Positions 30,199-38,984 of a stretch of DNA of 64,000 bases are shown one piece after another. How positions within the stretch are numbered: position 1 is the stretch's first letter; each line of letters opens with the position of its first letter. Location: positions 14,299 through 78,298 of the forward strand of contig NZ_DATAJZ010000020.1 in NCBI RefSeq assembly GCF_036261875.1, in the 5' to 3' direction. The DNA comes from Sphingopyxis sp. Lineage in GTDB: Bacteria > Pseudomonadota > Alphaproteobacteria > Sphingomonadales > Sphingomonadaceae. Below the pieces are notes generated by a model that worked only from the letters and a program-made list of their open reading frames with translations, made no database searches and was not told the origin of the DNA. The translations under genes were made by a program, and so were the position numbers.

Positions 30199-31599
30199 TC
30201 AATAAATCCCGCTGTCGCCCAGCTTGCCGGCCTGCGTCGTTGCCGGCGTCACCGGCGCCGTCGGCACCACCGCCGGCGGATTGGGCGAAATCACCACCGC
30301 CGCGGCGCGGCCGGGCTTGGCGAAGCTCGCGACGACAGGCGCGTCGCGGCCGTAAATGTCGGCGAGCTTGGTGATGCCGCCCTTGGCGCCCGGAACCACC
30401 GTCCAATAGGCGACATAGACGGGGAAAGGATCGTCGAAGCTGAACTTCGTCGTCTTGCCGCTGGCGATCGCCTCGCCGAATTCCTCGGGGCTCTTGCCGG
30501 CGAAATAGACCGCCATCAGGCCCGAGAAATGCAGCGCGCGCTCGGTGCGGATGCAGCCGTGGCTGAAGGCGCGCGCGGCGGCGGCGAAGGCGCCCTTCGA
30601 CGGCGTGTCGTGAAGGTAGATGGCGTGCGGGTTGAGCATCTCCATCTTCATCACCCCCAGCGCATTGTTCGCGCCCGGCTGCTGCACCACCGACAGCGTC
30701 TTGCCGCTGCCCGTCCAGGTGTAACCCTGCGCGCGGGCGCGGGCGGGGTTGTTCGCGATCGTCGCGCCGATGCCTTCGGCGATGATGCTGCGCGGCAGCG
30801 TCCAGGTCGGATTGACGATGATGCCGGTCGCCATCGGGTTGAGCTGCGGCGTCGGGGTCGACGGCTTGCCGACGACCGCCTTGTGCGTCGCGATCACCGT
30901 GCCGCCATGAATGACGCGGGTCAGATATTCGGGGACGTTGCTGACGACATAGCGCTCGCCGAGATCGCGCGGCATCCAGCGCCAGCGTTCCATGTTGACG
31001 CGGATCGCATTGGCGTCGGCGGGGGTTTTCGCGCTCTTGAGCGCGGTCTTCAGCACCGCGAAATTGGGATGCACCGGGTCGAGCCCGGCGAGCGCCGTGG
31101 GAACCGAATTGGACGTCAGCGCCGAGGTCAGCAGCGCGACCAGCGGCTCGGTCTCCGCATCGCTGTCGGTCATGAACCACTGCTTGCGCGCCACATTGGG
31201 CGTGCGGCCGTCGCGCAGATGGGTCGCGAGCAGCAGAAAGCTGTCGGTCGCGACCTGATCGAGCGTGTCCTGATCGCCGCCGTCGATCGCGGCCTGCAGC
31301 GCGTCGGGATTATAATCCTTGGCGAAGAGTCCTTCGTCGCCGACGCTCTGGATGAAACCGAGAAGCGCCTTGGCGTTTGCCTTCGACCAGTCGGGCAGGT
31401 TGGCCTGCGTCATCGTTTCGACGACGGGGGCGTCGTCCTTGACCTTGTCGGGCTGCAGGACGACCGAATCCTCCTTGACGTTGGTCTGCGCGACCGCGGG
31501 GGCAGCAAGCAGCGTCAGGGGGAGGAGCAGCGCCGCGGGATGGCGCAGGGCGAGGGGGGAGTTTTTGACCATGGCGAAGGCCATAGCCAAAAAGATCAC
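30199..31599 (-). CDS. YcbB/LdtD-type L,D-transpeptidase with N-terminal scaffold/PG-binding region
   Basis: YkuD motifs IVNPTWTLP, LHDTPSK and SHGCIRT. Signal peptide present. Start uncertain (GTG 31599, ATG 31584 or 31572). Confidence 0.8.
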   Translation of the reverse strand: MIFLAMAFAMVKNSPLALRHPAALLLPLTLLAAPAVAQTNVKEDSVVLQPDKVKDDAPVVETMTQANLPDWSKANAKALLGFIQSVGDEGLFAKDYNPDALQAAIDGGDQDTLDQVATDSFLLLATHLRDGRTPNVARKQWFMTDSDAETEPLVALLTSALTSNSVPTALAGLDPVHPNFAVLKTALKSAKTPADANAIRVNMERWRWMPRDLGERYVVSNVPEYLTRVIHGGTVIATHKAVVGKPSTPTPQLNPMATGIIVNPTWTLPRSIIAEGIGATIANNPARARAQGYTWTGSGKTLSVVQQPGANNALGVMKMEMLNPHAIYLHDTPSKGAFAAAARAFSHGCIRTERALHFSGLMAVYFAGKSPEEFGEAIASGKTTKFSFDDPFPVYVAYWTVVPGAKGGITKLADIYGRDAPVVASFAKPGRAAAVVISPNPPAVVPTAPVTPATTQAGKLGDSGIY

Positions 31600-31660
31600 G
31601 TAGTTAAAGTGAGCTGGGGCACACGCAACGGGTGGTAGGACGAATTCGGTCGCAAACGTT

Positions 31661-31739
31661 CGTCATTCCCGCGAAGGCGGGAATCCAGCTTTGCGCCAGC
31701 GCCGGAACGAGCTGGATTCCCGCCTTCGCGGGAATGACG
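31661..31739. repeat. Family B double-hairpin element
   Basis: CGTCATTCCCGCGAAGGCGGGAATCCAGC, a 21-nt spacer, then the reverse complement. Each arm is itself a hairpin. Confidence 0.85.
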
Positions 31740-31766
31740 GAAATGGGTGGATGCGGAGGGTAGGCT

Positions 31767-33128
31767 TTAAGCTTGGCCCTCTTCATCCTGCTTTGCGAGC
31801 CATTCTTCGAGCCATTTGATCGTGTAGTCGCCGTGGATCACGTCGGGGTCGGCGAGCAAGGCCTGATGCAGCGGAATGTTCGTCTTGACCCCGCCGATCA
31901 CCATTTCCGCCAGCGCGCGGCGCATCCGCATCATGCAGCTTTCGCGGCTGCGGCCATAGACGATCAGCTTGCCGATCATGCTGTCATAATAGGGCGGGAT
32001 CGAATAGCCGGCGTAAAGCCCGCTATCGACGCGGACATGCATGCCGCCCGCCGCATGATAGCTCGTCACCTTGCCCGGCGAGGGCAGGAAGCTGCGCGGA
32101 TCCTCGGCATTGATGCGGCACTCCATCGCATGGCCGCGAAATTCGAGGTCTTCCTGACGGACCGACAGCCCCGCGCCGCCCGCGATGCGGATCTGTTCGC
32201 GGACGAGGTCGAAGCCGGTGATCATCTCGGTTACCGGATGCTCGACCTGGATGCGCGTGTTCATCTCGATGAAGAAGAATTCGCCGTTTTCCCACAGGAA
32301 TTCGATGGTCCCGGCGCCGCGATAGCCCATCTTCGCCATCGCGTCGGCGCAGATGCCGCCCATGCGCGCGCGCTCCTCGGCCGAGATGATCGGCGAGGGG
32401 GCTTCCTCGAGCACCTTCTGGTGGCGGCGCTGGAGCGAGCAGTCGCGCTCGCCGAGATGAATCGCGTTGCCGTTGCCGTCGCCGAAGACCTGAAATTCGA
32501 TGTGGCGCGGATTGCCCAGATATTTTTCCATATAGACGGTCGGGTCGCCGAAGGCGGCCGCCGCTTCGCTCGACGCCTGACCCATCAGGCTTTCGAGGCT
32601 GTCCTCGTCGGGAACGACCTTCATGCCGCGGCCGCCGCCACCCGATGCGGCCTTGATCAGCACCGGATAGCCGATGTCCTGCGCGAGCTTCTTGGTCTCC
32701 TCGCTGAACGTCACCGCGCCGGGCGAACCCGGAACCACCGGCAGGCCGAGCTTGACCGCGGTGCGCTTCGCCTCGACCTTGTCGCCCATGGTGCGGATAT
32801 GCTCGGGCTTCGGCCCGACGAAGATCATGTTATGCGCTTCGATGATCTCGGCAAACCGCTCGTTCTCGGAGAGGAAGCCGTAACCGGGATGGATCGCGTC
32901 GGCGCCGGTGATCTCGGCCGCCGAGATGATCGCGGGAATGTTGAGATAGCTGTCCTTCGCGGCGGGCGGCCCGATGCACACGGCTTCGTCGGCGAGGCGG
33001 ACATGCATCGCGTCGGTGTCGGCGGTCGAATGGACCGCGACCGTCTTGATGCCCATTTCATGGCACGCGCGGTGGATGCGCAGCGCGATCTCGCCGCGGT
33101 TGGCGATCAGGAGTTTTTCGATAGCCAT
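31767..33128 (-). CDS. accC: Acetyl-CoA carboxylase biotin carboxylase subunit
   Basis: 453 aa starting [18 protein letters not shown], with ATP-grasp sequence. Confidence 0.95.
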   Translation of the reverse strand: MAIEKLLIANRGEIALRIHRACHEMGIKTVAVHSTADTDAMHVRLADEAVCIGPPAAKDSYLNIPAIISAAEITGADAIHPGYGFLSENERFAEIIEAHNMIFVGPKPEHIRTMGDKVEAKRTAVKLGLPVVPGSPGAVTFSEETKKLAQDIGYPVLIKAASGGGGRGMKVVPDEDSLESLMGQASSEAAAAFGDPTVYMEKYLGNPRHIEFQVFGDGNGNAIHLGERDCSLQRRHQKVLEEAPSPIISAEERARMGGICADAMAKMGYRGAGTIEFLWENGEFFFIEMNTRIQVEHPVTEMITGFDLVREQIRIAGGAGLSVRQEDLEFRGHAMECRINAEDPRSFLPSPGKVTSYHAAGGMHVRVDSGLYAGYSIPPYYDSMIGKLIVYGRSRESCMMRMRRALAEMVIGGVKTNIPLHQALLADPDVIHGDYTIKWLEEWLAKQDEEGQA

Positions 33129-33136
33129 CGGGTGGA

Positions 33137-33622
33137 TCAGCCGATGGTGAACAGCGGCTGGTCGAACTCGACCGGCTGGCTGTTCTCGACATGCACGGCC
33201 TTCAGCGTGCCCGCGGCGGGGGCGACGATCGGGTTCATCACCTTCATCGCCTCGATGATCAGGATCGTGTCGCCCGCCTTCACCGCCGATCCGGGCGCGG
33301 CGAAATTGGGGGCGCCGGGTTCGGGCGCGAGATAGACGGTCCCGACCATCGGCGACTTCACCGCGTCGGCGAAAGCGTCGGCGGCGGGCGCTGCAGCAGC
33401 GGGAGCGGCGGCCGGGGCGGCCGGAACAGCGGCAGGCGCCTGGGCGGGCGCAGGCGCATAGGCTACGGGCGCCGCGGCGGCGGTCAGCGTGCGCGCGACG
33501 CGCACCTTGCGGTCACCGTCCTCGACCTCGATTTCCGAAAGCTGCGTGTCGTCGAGCAGTTCGGCGAGCGCGCGCACGAACGCCGGATCGATGTTGATGC
33601 CATTGTCTTTATGGTCACCCAT
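33137..33622 (-). CDS. accB: Acetyl-CoA carboxylase biotin carboxyl carrier protein
   Basis: Ala/Pro linker and biotinyl-lysine motif IEAMKVMN. Lies upstream of accC. Confidence 0.9.
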   Translation of the reverse strand: MGDHKDNGINIDPAFVRALAELLDDTQLSEIEVEDGDRKVRVARTLTAAAAPVAYAPAPAQAPAAVPAAPAAAPAAAAPAADAFADAVKSPMVGTVYLAPEPGAPNFAAPGSAVKAGDTILIIEAMKVMNPIVAPAAGTLKAVHVENSQPVEFDQPLFTIG

Positions 33623-33690
33623 GAGAATTTTCCTGTTGTTGCGGCCCCGGTCTGGCGGTGCCTGACCCCTGTTCTGATGACGCCCTCTTG

Positions 33691-34131
33691 TCAGAGACGG
33701 GCGGCGGCGTCCAGCGCCAGCGTATAGCTTTGCGCGCCATGCCCCGCAAAATGCGCGGCGGCGGCCATGCCGACATAGCTCACATGGCGGAACGGCTCGC
33801 GCTGCATCGGGTCCGACAGATGAACCTCGATCACCGGCACCTTGATCGACTTGATCGCGTCGTGGATCGCGATCGAGGTGTGGGTATAGCCGCCCGCGTT
33901 GAGCAGCACCGCCCTAGCGCCCTCGAGATTGGCCTCGTGCAGCCAGTCGATCAGCACGCCCTCGTGGTTCGTCTGCCGGCATTCGACGCGGAGTCCGAGT
34001 TCGGTAGCCTGCGCCTCCAGCCGTGCGTGAATGTCGTTCAGCGTGTCGTGGCCGTAAATCTCTGGCTCGCGGGTGCCGAGCAGGTTGAGATTGGGGCCTG
34101 AGAGGACATAGACGAGCGGCGTTTCGGACAA
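33691..34131 (-). CDS. aroQ: Type II 3-dehydroquinate dehydratase
   Basis: 146 aa with [18 protein letters not shown] and HLSDP motifs. Conserved aroQ-accBC synteny. Confidence 0.9.
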   Translation of the reverse strand: MSETPLVYVLSGPNLNLLGTREPEIYGHDTLNDIHARLEAQATELGLRVECRQTNHEGVLIDWLHEANLEGARAVLLNAGGYTHTSIAIHDAIKSIKVPVIEVHLSDPMQREPFRHVSYVGMAAAAHFAGHGAQSYTLALDAAARL

Positions 34132-34161
34132 GGGGCGGCCTTTCGGACAGGGAAGAAGGGA

Positions 34162-34440
34162 TCAGCTTTCGCGATCCTGATAGCGGAAGATTCCCAATAT
34201 CACGATCCGATCATCGTGAATCGCGTAAGCGATTTTGAAATGATATCTGATCGTCACGATACGCCGGAACGGCCGGTCCGGAACCTGCATCCCCGATCGC
34301 GGGTAGCGCCCGAGCTGGTCGATCGTGCGATGAATGTCGGACAGGATGTTCGGAAGCGAGTCCGGGGCGATACTCTCATAATGATCGACGATGGCGCGCA
34401 GATCGGCTTCCGCCTCCTTGCGGAACAGGATCGCCGTCAT
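34162..34440 (-). CDS. RelE/ParE-family type II toxin
   Basis: 92 aa with the pattern FRKEAEADL...YPRSG...RR...Y.I.Y...D.I.IL.I.H/R. Its start has a 4-nt overlap with the upstream small ORF. Confidence 0.75.
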   Translation of the reverse strand: MTAILFRKEAEADLRAIVDHYESIAPDSLPNILSDIHRTIDQLGRYPRSGMQVPDRPFRRIVTIRYHFKIAYAIHDDRIVILGIFRYQDRES

Positions 34441-34661
34441 GCCGAGAAGGGGTGGCCAAAAATCCTGGCAATGTCGTCGGGGTCCGAAAATTCGGGTGCC
34501 GGATCAGCGGCACGGCGATCGATTTCGGCAAGCTCCCTTGCGGAGAAACTGAACCGTTCCGACATCGAATCCATTAGCGCGGCCAGCGCTTCCTCGACCG
34601 CTTCAAGCTGATCCGCAGGCAGTCGCTGCGCAAAGGAAAAGAATTTTTCGAGCGATGTCAT
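34437..34661 (-). CDS. Putative antitoxin partner of the ParE-like toxin
   Basis: 74-aa acidic ORF (MTSLEKFF...) at the C-terminal end of track ORF 34437..35189. Its stop overlaps the toxin start (ATGA). Confidence 0.5.
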   Translation of the reverse strand: MTSLEKFFSFAQRLPADQLEAVEEALAALMDSMSERFSFSARELAEIDRRAADPAPEFSDPDDIARIFGHPFSA

Positions 34662-34734
34662 GCCGCGATCATAAAGGAAAAAAGGGGCGCAGGATATGGT
34701 GTTTTCCGTGAAAGCCGGTAAGCGGAGCGCCATC

Positions 34735-34941
34735 ATGTCGCTGATCAATATCATCCTCAACGGCGAACCGCGGGAGGTGCGCGCAGGCAGCATCGCCGAC
34801 CTCGTCGCGTCGCTGGGGCTCGACGTGAAGAAGGTCGCGGTCGAGCGCAATCGCGAAATCGTGCCGCGCTCGACGCTCGCCGAGGTGACGCTCGCCGAGG
34901 GCGACGCGCTGGAGATCGTCCATTTTGTGGGCGGCGGCTGA
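34735..34941 (+). CDS. thiS: Sulfur carrier protein ThiS
   Basis: 68 aa running [12 protein letters not shown]...HFVGGG, with a C-terminal GG. Start reassigned inside track ORF 34696..34941. Confidence 0.8.
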   Translation: MSLINIILNGEPREVRAGSIADLVASLGLDVKKVAVERNREIVPRSTLAEVTLAEGDALEIVHFVGGG

Positions 34942-35291
34942 TGGCGGTCGCGCGCATCATAGCCAATCGCTACACGGATGATCCGAAGGCGGGGGCAGGC
35001 TTCTTCAACGAGGTGCTGGGGCTGGAGACCGCGATGGCGATGGATTTCATCACCATCTATCGCTCGGCCGCGCAGCCGATGGTGCAGATCAGCATTCTCA
35101 GCGAAGACCCGTCCGGGCTGTGTCCCGCCTATTCGGTCGGCGTCGACGATGTCGACGCGGTCCACGCGCGCGCCGTCGAAGCGGGGCACGAGATCGTCTA
35201 TGCCCTGCGCGACGAGCCATGGGGCGTCCGCCGCTTCTTCGTTCGCGACCCGCTCGGCGACATCGCGAATATCGTTCAGAACAAGGATTGA
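34941..35291 (+). CDS. VOC/glyoxalase-fold family protein
   Basis: 116 aa with FFNEVLGLE and [17 protein letters not shown] patterns. Its start overlaps the thiS stop, and its stop overlaps or abuts the thiG start. Confidence 0.6.
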   Translation: MAVARIIANRYTDDPKAGAGFFNEVLGLETAMAMDFITIYRSAAQPMVQISILSEDPSGLCPAYSVGVDDVDAVHARAVEAGHEIVYALRDEPWGVRRFFVRDPLGDIANIVQNKD

Positions 35292-35293
35292 AT

Positions 35294-36070
35294 GTGGACA
35301 AGATCGACAGTTGGAGCGTTGCCGGGCGGACCTTCACGTCGCGGCTGATCGTCGGAACCGGCAAATATAAGGATTTCGAGCAGAATGCCGCCGCGGTCGC
35401 GGCTTCGGGGGCGGAGATCGTCACCGTCGCGGTGCGCCGCGTCAATGTGTCGGACCCGAATGCGCCGATGCTCACCGACTATATCGACCCGAAGAAGATC
35501 ACCTACCTGCCCAATACCGCGGGCTGCTTCAACGCCGACGACGCGATCCGCACGCTGCGGCTGGCGCGCGAGGCCGGCGGCTGGGATCTGGTGAAGCTGG
35601 AAGTGCTGGGCGAGGCGAAGACGCTTTATCCGAACATGCGCGAGACGCTCGAGGCGACCGAGGTGCTTGCGAAAGAGGGCTTCCTGCCGATGGTCTATTG
35701 CGTCGACGATCCGATCGCCGCGAAGCAGCTCGAGGATGCGGGCGCGGTCGCGGTCATGCCGCTCGGCGCGCCGATCGGATCGGGGCTGGGCATCCAGAAC
35801 CGCGTGACGATCCGCCTGATCGTCGAGGGCGCGTCGGTGCCGGTGCTCGTCGATGCCGGCGTCGGCACCGCGAGCGATGCGGCGGTGGCGATGGAACTCG
35901 GCTGCGACGGCGTGCTGATGAACACCGCGATCGCCGAAGCCAAAGACCCCATTCGCATGGCGCGCGCGATGAAGCTCGCGGTGGAGGCGGGGCGCGATGC
36001 CTATCTGTCGGGCCGCATGGGACAGCGGCGCTATGCCGATCCGTCGAGCCCGCTCGCGGGGTTGATTTAG
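35294..36070 (+). CDS. thiG: Thiazole synthase
   Basis: [12 protein letters not shown] and [12 protein letters not shown] motifs. Start is GTG 35294 or TTG 35288 within track ORF 35120..36070. Confidence 0.9.
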   Translation: MDKIDSWSVAGRTFTSRLIVGTGKYKDFEQNAAAVAASGAEIVTVAVRRVNVSDPNAPMLTDYIDPKKITYLPNTAGCFNADDAIRTLRLAREAGGWDLVKLEVLGEAKTLYPNMRETLEATEVLAKEGFLPMVYCVDDPIAAKQLEDAGAVAVMPLGAPIGSGLGIQNRVTIRLIVEGASVPVLVDAGVGTASDAAVAMELGCDGVLMNTAIAEAKDPIRMARAMKLAVEAGRDAYLSGRMGQRRYADPSSPLAGLI

Positions 36071-36085
36071 TTTTCCCTACCGGGT

Positions 36086-36113
36086 CGTCATCCCGGCCTT
36101 CGCCGGGATGACG
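36086..36113. terminator. Family B single hairpin between convergent thiG and the DUF1254/1214 gene (possible bidirectional terminator)
   Basis: CGTCATCCCGGC-CTTC-GCCGGGATGACG, a 12-bp perfect stem with no clear U-tract. Confidence 0.45.
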
Positions 36114-36120
36114 GCGGGTG

Positions 36121-37506
36121 TCAGGGCACCCGCTTGACCGGCGGCGCGATCCAGCTTCCTTCGAGCGCCGGGCGGCGCGGAAGGTAGAGGCGCAGGTTCA
36201 TGCTGAACGGCCCCTCCGGCGCGGGCAGCCAGTTGGCTTCCTTGTCCGCGCCCGGATTGTCCTTTTGGATATAGAGGTCGAGCGAGCCGTCGGCGTTGAA
36301 GCTCAGCTTGTCGCGGTCGCCGATCGCGAAACGGTCGATCGGGTTCGCGACGAAGAACTGGTCGGCCCCGTACATGGTCAGCGACCAGAAGGCGTCGGCG
36401 GGCGGTATCTGATCCTTGTCGAAATGGAGGACATAGCGCGACGCGCCGGTCAGCGGCTTGCCGTCGCTGTCGAGCGGCGCCATCGGATAAATGGCTTCCT
36501 CGGGCGGCAGCGCGCCGAGGCCGGCAAAGGCGACGAAGGCGCGCTGGAGATAATCATTGCCATAGACGCCGAGCGCATTGCCCATCGCGACCCAATTGTT
36601 GCGCGTAAGGCTGAGGTTCTTGCGCCGGCCGATGATCCGCTGCCACGCATCGGCGGCGGCGCGCGTCAGCCCGCGCTGCACCGCCGGATCGGCCGCGGCG
36701 AGGTCGAAGCTCTGCCCCGGAACCAGCCCCACGCGCTCGATCCGCGCCAGCACCGCATAGTCGCTGGCGTGCGGCGGGTTGTGTTTCAGCGTTTCGGCGA
36801 ACAGCGCGAAGAAGGCGGCGGGGGTCATTTTCGCGACCTGCTCGACCGGCGGCGTTTTCATGTCGATCGTCGGATCGGACTTCAGCGCCGCGGGTGCCTG
36901 CGGCTTGCCCCAGGCCGACAGCGGCGTTGCGGCATAGCTCGCCTGGAGGGCGTGAACATGGTCGTAATCGGCGGCGCCGTTGGTCTGGATGCGGCCGATG
37001 ATCCAGCCCATCTCGGTCGGGCTGCGGACCATCCGCATTCCCTTTGGCAGCGTCCCCTGCCAGTGCGGCCCGACGAGCGCGACGATGCCGCCGTCGTTGC
37101 CGGTGGTGCGCGTGCCGAGCGCGGCGAAGACGTCGGTCCACATGTCCATGATCGGCACGACGTGATAGCGGCCCGCCGTTTTCGGCAGGGTGATGACCAG
37201 CGGTTCCTTGCCGACATCGAACCACAGCGGCGAATAGAGCGTGTCGGCATTGGGACGCACGACGTCCTTGAACGTCGCGTCGGGATAGGTCCGCATATGC
37301 CCGAACCGGTTCATCGGCGCGCGCATCCGGCCTTCGCTCGCGTTGGTCGACACGCGCCGCGTGGTTTCCATCAGCACCATCGGATAGGCATAGGTATAGG
37401 CTTCGAGGCCGATGGCATAGGCGTCGTCCTCGCTGACCGGGGCAGCGTGCGCCGCGCCAGTCATGAAGGCGGCCGCCATCGCCAGAAGGGCAAGCAGGCT
37501 TTTCAT
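36121..37506 (-). CDS. Secreted DUF1254/DUF1214 domain protein
   Basis: Signal peptide MKSLLALLAMAAAFMTGAAHA. AYTYAYPMV (DUF1254-like) and a C-terminal DUF1214-like region. Confidence 0.7.
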   Translation of the reverse strand: MKSLLALLAMAAAFMTGAAHAAPVSEDDAYAIGLEAYTYAYPMVLMETTRRVSTNASEGRMRAPMNRFGHMRTYPDATFKDVVRPNADTLYSPLWFDVGKEPLVITLPKTAGRYHVVPIMDMWTDVFAALGTRTTGNDGGIVALVGPHWQGTLPKGMRMVRSPTEMGWIIGRIQTNGAADYDHVHALQASYAATPLSAWGKPQAPAALKSDPTIDMKTPPVEQVAKMTPAAFFALFAETLKHNPPHASDYAVLARIERVGLVPGQSFDLAAADPAVQRGLTRAAADAWQRIIGRRKNLSLTRNNWVAMGNALGVYGNDYLQRAFVAFAGLGALPPEEAIYPMAPLDSDGKPLTGASRYVLHFDKDQIPPADAFWSLTMYGADQFFVANPIDRFAIGDRDKLSFNADGSLDLYIQKDNPGADKEANWLPAPEGPFSMNLRLYLPRRPALEGSWIAPPVKRVP

Positions 37507-37639
37507 CGAATCACACTCCCGCGAGATATTGATGAGCGGGCCATAGGGGCGGGTCGTTCGTCAGTCTGTCATCGCGCCGACAATCTCCTTTAGGAATATC
37601 GATACCGCATTCGAAGCGAGGATTTAAACAACCCCAATC

Positions 37640-37721
37640 CCGTTCGTGTCGAGCGAAGTCGAGACACCCATCGGCGTAGCGCAAGGCCGATGGGTGTCTC
37701 GACTTCGCTCGACACGAACGG
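37640..37721. repeat. Family A palindromic element, copy 3 (perfect arms)
   Basis: Arms are identical to copy 2 and the loop is cgtagcgcaagg. It creates the spurious N-terminal extension of track ORF 37646. Confidence 0.9.
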
Positions 37722-37774
37722 AAAGGCGAGGCAAATATGGGTTCCATCGCTCTGGGGTGGGGAGGGCGACGCAT

Positions 37775-38503
37775 ATGGCGACAGGGGTGAAAGCGAACGG
37801 GCGGTCCTGGACTGCCGCCGACCGCCTCGCCGCGCTCCGTCTCTGCCCGCTGTTCGCCGGCTGGCCCGAGGCGCGGCTCGCCGAGGTCGCGGCGATCGCG
37901 CGCGCCGAGCCATATCGGCGCGGCGCCGAAATCTTCGCGCGCGATCCCGAGCGGCGCGAGGCGTTCGTCATCGCCGCGGGTGAGGTCGAGGTCAGCCGCG
38001 CGTCGGCGGCGGGCAAGAAATTCGTGCTGAGCCTGCAGGGGCCGCACGAAATCCTGGCGATCGTGCGCCTGCTTGCCGAGCCGCCGATTCATTATGTCTA
38101 TACCGCTTACGAGGACAGCGTGCTGCTGCACCTGCCGTGCGACGGGCTGGCCGCGATCCTCGACGCGGCCCCCATTCTCTGGCGCGACATCGCGCTGCTG
38201 ATGTGCGCGCGGCACGGCGACAGCCTGCGCCAGCTCAACAATCAGAAGCTCGGCTCGCTCGAACAGCGGATGGCGGCGACTCTCGCCGATCTTGCGCGGA
38301 TTCACGGCGTTGCGGGCCCCGCGGGGATCGAACTGGCGCTGCGCCTGCCGCAGGAGCAGCTCGGCGCGATGCTCGGCGTGACGCGGCAGAGCATCAACAA
38401 ACTGCTGCGCGGGTTCGAGGCGGCGGGGCTGATCGCGGTCGATTATAATCGCGTGACGATCCTGAGCCCGGCGGCGCTCGACGACATCGCCGCGAGCGGA
38501 TGA
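37775..38503 (+). CDS. Crp/Fnr-family transcriptional regulator
   Basis: cNMP-binding-like N-terminal domain and a C-terminal HTH (LGAMLGVTRQSINKLLRGF). ATG 37775. Confidence 0.8.
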   Translation: MATGVKANGRSWTAADRLAALRLCPLFAGWPEARLAEVAAIARAEPYRRGAEIFARDPERREAFVIAAGEVEVSRASAAGKKFVLSLQGPHEILAIVRLLAEPPIHYVYTAYEDSVLLHLPCDGLAAILDAAPILWRDIALLMCARHGDSLRQLNNQKLGSLEQRMAATLADLARIHGVAGPAGIELALRLPQEQLGAMLGVTRQSINKLLRGFEAAGLIAVDYNRVTILSPAALDDIAASG

Positions 38504-38535
38504 TCCCTGCTTCAGGGCCGTTGGTCTCGCAAAGG

Positions 38536-38560
38536 GGAACAAGGCGCGCGCAGTCTCGTT
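38536..38560 (+). promoter_or_regulatory. Candidate EcfG-type general stress response promoter
   Basis: GGAAC (38536-40), a 16-nt spacer, then CGTT (38557-60). It lies 53 nt upstream of the csbD-like start. Confidence 0.55.
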
Positions 38561-38612
38561 GATCCGGCAAGAGGCGCACCCCTTTCGCCTCTGGAAATCA
38601 AGGAGAAATCCC

Positions 38613-38795
38613 GTGGGTGAACTGAAGGACAAGGCCAAGGGCCTCGCCAACGAAGCCGCCGGCAATGTGAAGCAGGCGGTCGGCAAGGCGACCGACAACG
38701 AACGGCTGCGCGCCGAAGGTGCAGCGCAGGAGCGCAAGGGCGAGGCCCAGAATCTGAGGGGCAAGGTCGTCGGCGCGCTCGGTGACAAAATCTGA
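38613..38795 (+). CDS. CsbD-family stress response protein
   Basis: AAGGAGA precedes GTG 38613. The 60-aa sequence GELKDKAKGLANEAAGNVKQAVGKATDN...G is typical of CsbD. Confidence 0.8.
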   Translation: MGELKDKAKGLANEAAGNVKQAVGKATDNERLRAEGAAQERKGEAQNLRGKVVGALGDKI

Positions 38796-38817
38796 CGATC
38801 GCGCATCGTCACGCAGC

Positions 38818-38850
38818 GAAAGGCCCCGGAGTTCCGGGGCCTTTTCTTCT
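38818..38850 (+). terminator. Rho-independent terminator after the csbD-like gene
   Basis: GGCCCCGG-AGTT-CCGGGGCC followed by TTTTCTTCT. Confidence 0.75.
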
Positions 38851-38869
38851 AGGGCAGGGTAGCATTTTC

Positions 38870-38950
38870 TTCGTCACCCCGGACTTGATCCGGGGTCCCG
38901 CTCAGCGACGGTGACAAGCGGGACCCCGGATCAAGTCCGGGGTGACGAAG
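38870..38950. repeat. Family B double-hairpin element (CCGGACTTGATCCGG subtype)
   Basis: TTCGTCACCCCGGACTTGATCCGGGGTCCCGC, a spacer, then the reverse complement. Confidence 0.85.
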
Positions 38951-38984
38951 AGGTTTCAGATTTAACGCTCGATACGTCCGCGCC

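Noticed and set aside
34662-34734. A TPP riboswitch upstream of thiS.
   Set aside because: Only about 73 nt are available, and the conserved CTGAGA / ACCTGATCTGGATAATGCCAGCG-type core elements are absent. The spacer is more likely the divergent toxin-antitoxin and thiS promoter region.
37646-37774. ORFs starting inside repeats, for example MSSEVETPIG... at 37646, 30057..30374, 31604..31786 and 57367..57678.
   Set aside because: The reading frames are generated by the palindromic elements themselves, and the same peptide appears on both strands. They are not independent coding evidence.
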